A stretch of 64,000 nucleotides of DNA from Emiliania huxleyi CCMP1516. Lineage: Eukaryota. The DNA lies in assembly GCF_000372725.1 (NCBI RefSeq), contig NW_005201123.1, positions 186,001 through 250,000 on the forward strand, given 5' to 3'. A program made the translations under genes and the position numbers. Shown in pieces: positions 49,048-60,299 of the stretch (positions are counted from its first letter, which is position 1; each line of letters opens with the position of its first letter). The notes beneath the pieces are model-generated. The model was not told where the DNA came from, made no database searches, and saw only the letters and a list, made by a program, of their open reading frames with translations.

Positions 49048-49932
49048 CCTGAGCCCCCTGGTCTGACAGCCGCCTGACCGCAGCAAACCCCGGACAGCGC
49101 CTGACAGTGCCCGACAGCCTGACAGCGCTGACAGCACTTTCTCCGACAGCCTGACAGCACGTATCTGACAGCCTGACAGCAGAGTCTGACAGGCGAGGTG
49201 CTCCGTCGCTGTCAGGCCCTAACGTGACAGCCTGACAGCTGCCCGACAGCCCGACAGCACACAGTGGCCTGACAGCAGCGCTGACAGCCTGACAGCAGCA
49301 CAGACGCACAGCAGGTGAGTGTGGTCCATGTGGTCATGGGATGGTCTCATGGGTCTCTCTGACTCTCAACCCTCCCGCCTCACCTCTGCGGACCCCTAGC
49401 ACCGGCGGCTGTGCTACTACAAATGAAGCTACCAGCTAGCCTTCTGGGGCCACAGTATGTGCCTACGGCGTCTGGGTGGGGGTGGCCGCCGCCGCTTGTG
49501 CCGCCGCCGCGGCCTGCGCCTGCGCCGCCATCTGCGCTCCCCAGGAGACCTACTGTGTGGATCTACTCTCACTGGCTGCGGTCTCCTCTTGTTGATAGTG
49601 TCATAAGTGTGGCTGGTGAGTGTCAGAGCCTGACAGCACCCCAACAGCACCACCTGACAGCACCTGACAGCACCGGCCCTACGTCTGACAGCAGCTGCAG
49701 CCTGACAGCTCTGACAGCTCCGACAGCGTCTGACAGCACCACCCGACAGCTCCGACAGCACCTGACAGCACCAGAGCACCTCGCCTGTCAGACGAGCACC
49801 GGACAGCACCCGACAGCACTGACAGCACCTGACAGCTGGTCTGACAGAGGCACCTGACAGTGCCTGACAGTGCCCGACACCGCCCGACAGATCACCTGAC
49901 AGCACCTGCCAGCCTAACAGCCAGGGCTCAGG
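49048..49932. mobile_element. Non-autonomous DNA transposon (885 bp) with CTGACAG arrays and 6 bp TSD
   Basis: TIR CCTGAGCCC(CC)TGG/CCAGGGCTCAGG; TACACG at 49042-49047 and 49933-49938; dozens of (C/T)GACAG motifs. Confidence 0.8.
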
Positions 49933-50726
49933 TACACGCACGCACACACGCACGATTCACTCAACAGGCAAAGAGCGCGGACGACGGCTTCTATCGGACG
50001 ACGGACTGCAGAAGATCGGACAGGAGTGGGACGCGTCCAAAATATGTACAAAAAAATCACTCGATCTTTACCGGGATAGGAACTGTATTTGGTGATATTT
50101 TAGCCCCCGCACCCGGGTGCACTCGTGTGTGTGAGTGAGTGTGTGTGTGTGTGTGCGACGAGCGGCAGCGGGGGGCCATGACTACCTACGTTAAGAGAGA
50201 GATTTTTAGCAATACCAAACAACGTTTACGAAAACATAAGTAGTCGCGCGAGCTGTGAGCGTCTCGAGCTCAGCCACTCGGACGACGAGGACGCCTGGCG
50301 GTTGGCGCCCGCAATATCAGTTGGCCCCCTATCTGGTAACGAGCCAGAACCCAGGCATCCCCCCTTTTCACCCTTGGGGTTTTGCCGTCGTCCCTGGGCA
50401 GCTGTGTGCAGGGGCCCGCCCCGCACACAGCGGGTCCCCAAGGGTGAATCCCCCTTGCGCTCCCCCCTACTCGTCGCCCTGAATGGTTGCCCAGGTTGTG
50501 GAGGACACGATCCCGGCGTGAACACGACTATCTGACGGATCCGCTCCTGACAGTGGCACGCACCGCGCTGTGGCGCGTGCCACTGTCTTTGTTTGAAGTC
50601 AAAAGTCGAATCAGAGCGGTGTCGGCGTTGTCCTCCATTTTCCTCCCCTGGACCCCCGTCCGGGATCGCTCCGGGACGCACGCCGGCGAAGCACCATCAA
50701 GCTGCTGTATGTACGGCCCCGGCATC

Positions 50727-51027
50727 GCCTCCCCTGGCTTAGCTAGACTGAGAGATATTGTGCACACGATCTGTCTCTTCAATATATACACTGACACTTT
50801 ACCTCCCATAGCTCGTCCCGGTCCGCCACGGCCATCCTTGGCCTCCGGAGGCCCCCCCCCCCCCCCGGCCGCGGCGCGGTGCGGCGGCGTCACAAATCCG
50901 ACCGCAGAGCACCAGGACGCGGTCGGGCGATCTGAGGTCCAACTAGGCGTATGCATTGCCCATCCAGGGCTATCACCTGGACCCATCAACAGGCGCCTGC
51001 GGCGCCGTGGTCAAGAGGTGTTGTTCA
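50727..51027 (+). repeat. Repeat family F, empty copy
   Basis: Matches 54054-54307 plus 55503-55544. Confidence 0.8.
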
Positions 51028-51334
51028 TGTTAAACAAACTTTAGTTTGTGCTAGTGAACTGAGGAGAAGCGGGTCGAGCCTCGGCGCAGTGAGAGGGCAG
51101 CGCCTAGCGGGCGGGAACCCTTATCCCGCGCCCGCCGCTGCCCGCCACTTTGTGCGCGGGACATCCGAGCGCCACGAGGCTCCTGACACAGCTCCCGACT
51201 AGCGTCGGCTCCTGCTCAGACAGGCGCCAACCTATCTGCTATCAGTTCTCAAAGCGAGATGGTCTTCCAGCTGCCAACCCTCGCGGACACGACGCCCCAG
51301 GACGCCACGCGCGCCGCGCGGCGAGCTGGCCAGC

Positions 51335-53489
51335 ATGAACCCAAGCGATTTCCACACGAGCCTCGAGACCGGTGACACCCTCATCCTGGAGAAGAACTCC
51401 ACCAAGAGCATCGCCTTCACCACAGCATCAGCGCTGGGGAGGGAGGAGGCCAGGATCGGCCCCGGCAGCCGGGCACCCCCCGCCACGGGGCCGACAAGCT
51501 CACGGCTCTGCAGGGTCGTCGAGAAAGGGACAGTGGGCCTCCCCCGACAGCCGGTCGGCAAGTGGCGCAGCTCGCCCACGACGGGCGCGCGCGCGAAGAT
51601 CACACCTCCTTCGACACCGGCGAGGACGGCGTCACCACCGTCAAGCTCGCCGTCATCGTCGCGGAGGGGGACGACGAGGCGGCAATCGAGATGCCGATAT
51701 CCGAGTTCTCTCCTCCTACCCCGCGGGCGCCGACGCCGACGTCGACGCCGCCGACACTTCACACCTGGGCAGGCATTCATGCGGCACCGGACCGTAGTAG
51801 TACGAAGGGGAGCAAGTGCCGCCATGTCCTTCCTCTCGCATATTTCGCGACGGATGCTCGGCAACGGATTGGAGGGCGCTGCATCCTACTTCGACACGGC
51901 ACGCGCGCTATTACGCACAGCGCGCTCAGGCCCCGGTCACACGACACTCCCCGAACTGCTCACGCCCACGCTTGCAGGCCGAGCAGCTGCCAGTCGGCAC
52001 CATATCCGCCGAGGCGTACACCAGCCGCGCCATCTGCTGGCGCGTCCTCGCGAAGCGGCTCGACTGGCGCAGCTTCGGGTGGGCCCCCGAGGACGACGCT
52101 GCCGGTATCGGGACTCTTGACTTGAGGACGCTGCAGGGCTACTCAGGGCAAACCACCGGCGAGGTGAGCCGTCGCCCTACCCTCGCACCACACCCATATC
52201 ATTTTTCACGCGTGCGACTTGCCTCCTTGCCTCCAGGCAGCGGTGCTAGAGACGTGGGCTGCCGCGGTCGGGCTCGAGCGGCTGCCCGCTCCGATCGGGC
52301 GCACAGCCTTGCTCTCTCTCCCTTGCATTCCCTCACATCGTCCGACCCGTCCTCCATTGTTGTCAGCGGACGCCGTTCCTTACACACCTTGCGCACTGTC
52401 GTCAGGTGGGCTCTGCTGCTCATCGACACGGCCCTTGTCATGCGATGGGCGGGCTCACCGCTCGATTCCGCATCGCCGCCGAGCCTGGACGCCTACCCTC
52501 GGTCTTGCCTACCCACGTTCCCCGGGGGTTATGCCGAGGTGTGGTGTCGAGATTTGCCCCCCCCCCCCCCCCTCGTGCAGGTACCCCGCATACCCGGAGG
52601 CCGACTCGCAGGCGATGGGAGGCAACGGGGAGGGAGGTCGGCCGAGCCACCACCCAGCTTGGCTTCCTCTCGCCCTGCAGATGGCGTTGACCGGAGAGGA
52701 GTGCCCTCACCCTCGGCTTGCCCCTCCCGCTTCCGCCCATCCCTGAGCCCCTTTGAGCGCCTGTGTAGGAGTCCGCCTCCGTAACCGTCTTTCCCTTCAA
52801 CATGCTCGTGTCCTCGCCTTCTGCGTCCTCCCACTTTCGGCTGTCCAGCCAGGTTAAGTGGCCGCCGCTGCCACCCCCGAGCGACGAGTCGCGAGCGGTG
52901 GCCCGCAAGCTGGCTGGCTTGTGGGAGCTCACTTCGATGACCAACGATGGGAAGCCCTTCCCTGGCGGCGCAAAGGGGCGCATCTTCTACTCGAAGACGT
53001 GGTACTCGGCACAGGTCACGGGGCTCAAGGGCCTCTGGCACTTTGTCTACAGCGGGCGGTGGCACATGCACGAGGGCCGCGTCTACCACGTGTGCTACTG
53101 CAACTCGCCGATGGCGTGCTTTGAGGCGCGGGGCAACCGGTGCCGGTTGTGGGCCGGCAGCAGGGCGAGTCCGTAAGCGCGCGGTGTTGAATCAGGTGCT
53201 GCAAGACTCGCAGCTCGGCCTCGAGGCGAGCGATGCGTCGCGCCAATCGTACGGCGGCGTGCGGATGCGCGGCGCGAGAGCCAATTCAAATCCTCTGTAG
53301 TTTTGGGCGGCGTCTAGGACACACACGCCGCCGCCGCAATTTGTAGGCGCGAGGCTGATGGAGGACGGCACTCTCGAGCTCTCCGTCGAGGATGGGCAGC
53401 AGAAGCTCCTGTGCTGGCGCAAGGTTGACAGCTTTTCGGCCGCCTCGGGCGGTCGCTGGGGACCGTCGTGGGAAGGTGAGGGCGCGTGA
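51335..53489 (+). CDS. Multi-exon protein with a C-terminal lipocalin-like (Lipocalin_5-type) domain
   Basis: LAGLWELTS...GRIFY...SAQ...YSGRW...VYH...GTLELSV...LCWRK; N-terminal exons and start uncertain. Confidence 0.6.
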
Positions 53490-54307
53490 GGTCTGTGGAG
53501 GGGGCACGCCATCGATGTTTCCATTTATCGGTACTCGGATGTGTAGGGCTAGATTTGACATTTGTGACGCAGCCCCCGGAGCATAAAATAAATCCCCTAA
53601 ACGGCTGTGGTTCCCATATGGGAACTTCGCCAATTCTGTGAAAGAGAAAGCTGATGCGGCTGGTCGCAGCGACGGCCGATCCAGCAGTCGTCTGCGACAT
53701 GGCAGTGGCCCCGAGTCATGTGCAGCTGGTCCCGAGCGGCTCAGGTCCCAGATCGAATCTCGGACCCACAGATTCTAGATTCCTTTAGATTCCCTGGATT
53801 CCCGCAACAACGATCTCTTAGCGGCGGCAAACAGAGGCGCAACTCTGCCAGCAGCGAGGAGGCTCCTGCTGCTCAGCTACCGAGGCCTGGTGGCGTCGGC
53901 TGCTGCGTGGAGAAGACAGCAGCACTGTCCGACCTCAAAACATGCACAACAAGCGGGATTTGTGACTCTGTCCTCGATTCTTCAGTCGCTCTGCCGGACG
54001 CGCTCGCTTTGTCGCGAGGGTCACCAGTGCAAGCCGTGTGGACGCCCAGAATAGCCTCCCCTGGCTTAGCTAGAGTGAGAGATATTGTGCACGTGGTCAG
54101 CCTCTACAATATATACACTGACACTTTACCTCCCAGAGCTCGTCTCGGTCCGCCACGGCCATCCTCAGCCTCCGGAGGGCCCCCGGCCGCGCGCGGCGCG
54201 GTGCGGCGGCGTCACAAATCCGACGTCAGTTCACCGGGACGCGATCGGGCGATCTGAAGTCCAACTAGGCGTATGGATTGTCCGCCCAGGGCTATCACCT
54301 GGACCCC

Positions 54308-55487
54308 CCGAAAAAACCTCGGACATTTTACGAACTCCTTGGCGACGTGCGCGTCGCGTCGCCAAGGCTCTGCGACCTCGGTCGTACAATCGGCGACCTC
54401 GGTCGCACAACCGGCCGGATGCGCGGGTTTTCAGCCAGGTTCCCGCGCACCGGCCACAAACTCGACTCGCACAGCAAAAAAATCCGGTGCTCGCGCGCTG
54501 CTCCCACGCTTGACCACACACTCGCTGCACTGCTCAAAGCCAACCCTACCTCACTGGCCGCCTCCAACACTGTCCCGCGCGTCTCGCGCCCCAACTGACA
54601 ACTCATCTCCCGCGCACCGGCCACGAACTCGACTCGCACAGCAAAAAAATCCGGTGCTCGGGCGCCGCTCCCACGCTTGACTACACACTCGCTGCACCGC
54701 TCAAAGCCAACCCTACCTCACTGGCCGCCTCCGACACTGTCCCGCGCGTCTCGCGCCCCAACTGACAACTCATCATTGTCCCTCGGACACCACTCTCCAG
54801 CCGCGCTACCTTCGCCCACCTACCGCTCTCGCATGACATCTCAACAATCCTCATATCTCCAGGCCCAAGACTCCTAACCACTGCCCCTGCTCGCCCAGGA
54901 CCACGAAGCGCCGCCCGCGCGCCCATTGACCCCCCAATCAGCCCTCTTGCTGTCCCTCAATCCCCACCCGCCAGATGTACTGCCCTCGCCCACCCAATAC
55001 TCTCACCCTCCTGACCCGGACAGTCCAGGTACAGGAAAAGCGGGGAGCGGGGCCCGATCCAAGGAGCACCCCGTCGGCCCGGGAGGGCTGTGAATTTCGG
55101 CGCGAGCGGAAGGCTGCCTGCAGACGCTCAGCCCCCGGCTGAGCTGCCGAATCCTCCCGGCTAATCCCCTGACCTGCCGCCTGAAACGGGACGACATTAC
55201 ACCACCTCACACACACTCCCCCCTCAGGGCTAAGCAGTGCGCAAGTCCACCCGAACTCTAGGCGAGGCGTCGACCACTCCTTCGGAATAGCTCTGTCAGT
55301 GGCTGCACTAGACGCCCAGAGATGGCGCGCGGCGCGGGCGGATGACTGGAAGAGAAAATGCGGAGAGGCTAGCTCGCAGGTAGATGTGCTCAGCCAAGGG
55401 TAGGGGATGAGGGGAATGTGTCAGTGTGGGGGGTGCACCAACCGCAGAGCGTTGTGTTTTGCCTTTAAGACTTGAACAGTTTTTTTT
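54308..55487 (+). mobile_element. Non-autonomous retroposon-like insertion (1180 bp) with 15 bp TSD, T tail and an internal 167 bp tandem duplication
   Basis: TATCACCTGGACCCC at 54293-54307 and 55488-55502; single copy at the paralogous site ~50972. Confidence 0.8.
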
Positions 55488-56399
55488 TATCACCTGGACC
55501 CCTCAATGGACGCCTGCGGTGCCGCCCCCACGAGGTGTTGTTCACACCTGTCCAACCATTCGTGCAGCAGGAACGCGCTGTGTGTGGCTGGCAGCAAACT
55601 CAAATGACGACGGGTTGCAGCCTCGTAGCTCAACGGCAACATTGTGCATGAGGAAGGCTGATAGAAGTATCACCAGCCACACAACCAACAGCTTCTGGAG
55701 AGTATGCGGAGCGCAAGCAGCCGGTGATCAAAGGCGTGTTGCTGTCGGTGGCAGATTGCCAGAGGGACGCCGGCGCCTCGGTGCGTGGCTTCGTCACAAT
55801 TTTCCACCGCTCAACTTGGAGGCAGTGTGTCTAGTAGCGTGCTACACCTATGACGGCGGACCTCACTGGGGCGCCGACGTGCAACGACCGTCTGCGATCG
55901 AAAGACGAAACCGCGTCCCAGGAGCTCGTGCAGAGCGCGCTCCGGAGCTCGGTGGCGGGAAATTTGAAGGGAACGTGGTGGCTTCCCACCGCCTCTGTAT
56001 GTGCCCAATAAAGTGCTAACACGACCCTCGGGCAGCAGGGGGTATGTGGCGAGCGCACGGAGGCACAGTTAGGCCGCCGTGATATCGCCCTTCCGGGCAC
56101 CCCGTTTCGGTAGCCGTTTAGGGGATAAGGAGGAGAAAAAGTTGGACCGCAGCGCACAACCTTCAGTTCAGAGGCCCCCACTGACTCGCCACTGCCACAC
56201 TCCCGGGGTCCCGCACCGCACTGTGTCGCTCGCTCTCCACTCCCTCTCCCGCCACCGTGGTCTGTGCGCCCACCGTGCGGCAGTGCGCGCAGAGCCCGCA
56301 GAGAATACGTGGCTGGGTTCACAGCGATTGTAGGAAAACGAAGGGAACACTTGACGGTCGCGGCCTTCCGACTCGCGCCTCCGCCTCACTGGCACTATT

Positions 56400-57118
56400 G
56401 GCAAACCCCGGAAAGTGCGGCAAAAATAAGCGCCTGCACGTGTAGGCGCGCATCTTAGCCAAGGCTCGCGCCTACACGTGTAGGTGCTTGTGTCAGATAC
56501 GCGCCCACACGTGCAGGTGCGAGCCCTAGCTAACATGAGCGCCTCCACGTGCAGATGCGCATTTGGCAGCTCGAATATAAAAGCGTCTACTCGTGCAGGC
56601 GCTCGTTTTAGTAAAGATACGGGCCTACACGTGTGGCCGCGCGTATACCCCCCCCCCCTCCCGGGCAAGTCATGCACTGAGCTCAACTGTCAACCCAAAA
56701 AGGACTGCACACGTGTAGACCGCCCAGTCCCCTACCTACCTGACCTCCCACCTCACTGCTCACTCAGCCTTCCACTCGAATACAACCTCTGCGGCCCTCT
56801 CCAGCTCTCCTGAGACCTAAGGTGTTAAAAAATGTATCGATCACACACCAAGTGCGTATATCACCTCAAGCCAATGTACGCGGCCACACGTGTAGGCGCG
56901 TATCTTAGCTAAAACGAGCGCCTGCACGAGTAGACGCTTATATTCGAGCTGCCAAATGCGCATCTGCACGTGGAGGCGCTCATGTTAGCTAGGGCTCGCA
57001 CCTGCACGTGTGGGCGCGTATCTGACACAAGCACCTACACGTGTAGGCGCGAGCCTTGGCTAAGATGCGCGCCTACACGTGCACCCGCTTATTTTTGCCG
57101 CACTTTCCGGGGTTTGCC
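56400..57118. mobile_element. Mutator/Foldback-like element (719 bp) with ~240 bp TIRs and 9 bp TSD
   Basis: GGCAAACCCCGGAAAGTGCGG... inverted at both ends; GGCACTATT at 56391-56399 and 57119-57127; empty site at 40052-40060. Confidence 0.93.
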
Positions 57119-57838
57119 GGCACTATTGTAGCCCTGGCCGGTGCGCGTGCTCAGTTGAAGTTCCGGAGTAACTCTCACGGTGACCAAGAAATGTCCACCT
57201 CAGAGGCACCTCCGGAGGCAGGCCGCCGCACGCCGGCGACACAGCTCCAGCTGTCGAACTGACCCTCAGCTCCTCTCAGAGCGGGAACTGTGACGAAAGT
57301 TGACTGAGGCGGTTGTCAGGAACCATCATACGGATCACATTATGGCTCTCTCATGACGGGAGACCGCCCGACCACTCCTGGGTGGCACTGCCACCGGTGT
57401 CGCTCGACGTCCTGTCGACAGCGTGCCGACAGCGACACAGACCATGTGGGACGCGTCGAGTATCGACCTCTACTGCTTACCCAGCCTTCGAGTGTATCCT
57501 GGCTGTGGCCCCACACCCACTGGTGTCCATCTCAGAGACCGCAGGAGGTCATGAGGGTCGATGGGAGTGCCAACCCCACAAAGCCTAAAAACCCAGCCCA
57601 GTATATATAGCGTATTAGAGCCGTACCTCGCCCCTAAACTGGGCCTGCACACATGACACATCACACAAGCTGCATGCTTGAAGCCGCGCACAAATACCAA
57701 TTACCATCCGAGAGCCCCGACACGACACGCACGCCTAAGCCCCCCGCCGAGCCCCCAGTCCCCAACCCATCGCCCGCGCACCCACTGCACAACCCGTGTC
57801 ATCCCGCGAACGCCCACGATCCACGCGACTCACGCGAC

Positions 57839-59589
57839 TCACTCCTTCCAGAAGCGGATCGGCGAAGCGGGGCGTGACGATGAGGCCGCGCGTGGCGATG
57901 CCGGCTGGAGCGGTAACGTCTCACCAGCACGGACGCCGCCAACCACCTCGTAGCTTTCATACCGGCGCCGTTGCTCCACCGCGACCCAGCAGATCACTCC
58001 CCAAAGAGCGGCGCAAGTGCAAAGGAGGAGGAGGAAGCCCGCACCAAAGGCGCTCATCACGGTCTGGTTGTCAACCTGTGCACTGAAGTGCACCCCGCCC
58101 ACGCGCGCTTCCATCACGACAGTCTGCGGCGCCGCGAGCGACTTGCCGACCCTCCCGTCGCCCTCCTCACTGCCACGGCTTGCGCCGTCGTGCTTCCAAG
58201 CCGCCACGCAGTCGCCTCGGTCGAAGCCGCACGCCGTCACGTTGCATCTCGAGAGGGGGGGGGGGGGATTCAATGGCAAAGAGGACGGCGACCCGGGTGG
58301 ACAGGGAGTGTGGCGGTCGCGGCGGCGGCGGCGGGGGGGGGGGGGGGGGGGGAAAATTCATGGGGTTTAATGGCAAAAAAGGGGGGGGGGGGGGGGGAAA
58401 GTAAAAAGGGGTGGGGGGCCCCCGGGGGGGGGGGGGCCCCCTTTGTGGGCCTGGCCCCCCGGGGAAGACACCAAACCGGGAGAAAACCCCCCCCCCGCGG
58501 GGGGTTTGGGGCGCCCAAAGGGGTGGGGCCCCTCCTCTTGAGAGAGAGCCCCCCCCCCCCCCCGGGAAAACCCCCGGGTGGAATCATCGTCGCAAGCGCC
58601 GTCGCCGAGCCACGCCGCGGCGCAAGCGGGCGCGCAATCGCCGGTGCAGTCGTCGCCGTCGAAGCCACAGCGTGCCGTGTTGCACTCCTCGTCGCACTCC
58701 TTGTCGCCGCGCCACGACTCAACGCAGCCGGGCGCGCACTGGGCGGCGGCGGCGTTGGTGCGCGAGCGCGCGTCGCAATCGCCGCCGTCGTGGCCGCAAG
58801 CCTCGGAGTCGCAGCCGGGATCACACTCGCCTAAGGGAGATCTCTTTCCTGGTGCAGACCGACGAGCGGCAGTGGATCAAGGAGCAGGGCAAGCAGGCAA
58901 TCGCCGTCGCCGAGCCAGTTGCGGGGGCAGTTTGGCGCGCAGAGCGCGCCGACGTTGACAGGGCAGGCGGCGGCGGTGGAGATGGACACCACCCACTCGC
59001 AGTGGTGCCTCGTCTGCACGCGTGCCGGGATCTGCGAGCCGAGACCGTGCTCCGCAAGGTTGCACTCCAGCATGAGCAGCAGCGAGTAACGCTGGCCGGG
59101 CCTGCACTCATCCCCCTTGCCAAAGATGAGCTGAAGCCCTCTCTCTGGCCGGTCGGCGTCGAGCAGCACCACCTCGGGCTTGGCGGGCGGCCGACCCAGT
59201 ACCGCGCAGGCCGTGCGCGCCGGCTCGGCGGGTCTCGCGCCGGCGCCGCCGCCCAGGAAGGCTGCCAGAATCGGATCGCCAAACGGGCCGGGAGAGCGCG
59301 GCGGAGTGCGCTCGACGAGAATGCCGGGGGCGTGCTCGCCATGGCAGGTGGAGAACTCGCGGCCGCCAGGCGCGTCGGGGCCGCACACGGAGAGCACGAG
59401 CGACTGCTGCGGGCCGCTGACAAAGCCGGGAAAGTCGGCCAAGAGATTGCCAAGTCCCGAGTCGAACTTGATTTCGTGCTCCGTCGCGAGCGGGGAGAGG
59501 TCGAAGGTGGCACTGTGCGCCTCCGATTTGAAGATGCACCGCGTCGATGGGGCGAGAGCGGAGGCGGCGACACAACTTAGCGTGAGCAT
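57839..59589 (-). CDS. Type I membrane protein: signal peptide, MRH (M6PR/ATG27-like) domain, ~4 LNR (Lin12/Notch) repeats, TM, Tyr-based tail
   Basis: FDLSPL...SVC...GLQLIFGKGDEC...CEWVVSISTAAACP; CPRNWLGDG.CD..C...CG.DGGDC-type repeats; TM FGAGFLLLLCTCAALWGVICWVAV; RYESYEVV. Confidence 0.8.
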
Positions 59590-59618
59590 AGCGCCTGTTT
59601 GTAGCCCGCCGCGGCGCC

Positions 59619-60299
59619 TAACATCCTTTCTCGAGGTTCTCGAGGTGGATATCCTTTGGCCGCGTTGGGTAGCGAGGATTGGTGTAACCCGAGCCACGGA
59701 GGCGTGTTTTCTGACGGCCGACCGTCAGTGCACGGATGGCCCCTTCTCCGACTGCCCCGGCTAGTTCCCGAGGTCGTCGGGTGTGACCCCTTCGTCCCCC
59801 GAGACCTAGCGCGGGTGGGTTGGAGGGGGCTCGCCCCGTTCCTCCCCATCGGGCCGCATGAGCGGCCACGCCTCGCAGATTCGTTTTCGCGCCTGGGTCA
59901 GGCGCGCGGGGCATCCCCCGGGTCGCTCGACCAGCGATCCGAAGAGTGGCCGCTATGCGAGGGAAAGAGTGGGGCCCTCGGGGTGCGCCTCGTCCGGCCC
60001 CCTCCGAATTTTCCTTTGGCGCGAGCGTCTTTCTTTCTTTCGGCCGGTGTTAGCACAGGTATATCGTTGGCAAATCAAGACACAGAGCTCACACAGAATC
60101 ACAGCGGGAGGAAAGCGGCGAGTCGCAATTCCTGGGGTCCTTGTGGCGGGCCACCCTGTCCAGAGAGGCATGGATGCCTATCTGGGGTCTTTCGACCGAG
60201 TCTATGAGTCCTGGCCGCTCCCGGTTGTGGCAGAGGTTATGGAACCAAGCGACGGAGATGGTGCGGGGGTATGGGTGTTCCAGGCTGGGGGTCACTTTC
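59619..60299. mobile_element. 681 bp composite insertion flanked by a perfect 48 bp direct repeat
   Basis: CACAACTTAGCGTGAGCAT...GCGGCGCC at 59571-59618 and 60300-60347. Confidence 0.65.

Noticed and set aside
55560..56019. 2OG-Fe(II) oxygenase-like remnant (also 61282-61560)
   Set aside because: No convincing HxD...H motif; cannot be supported without a search.
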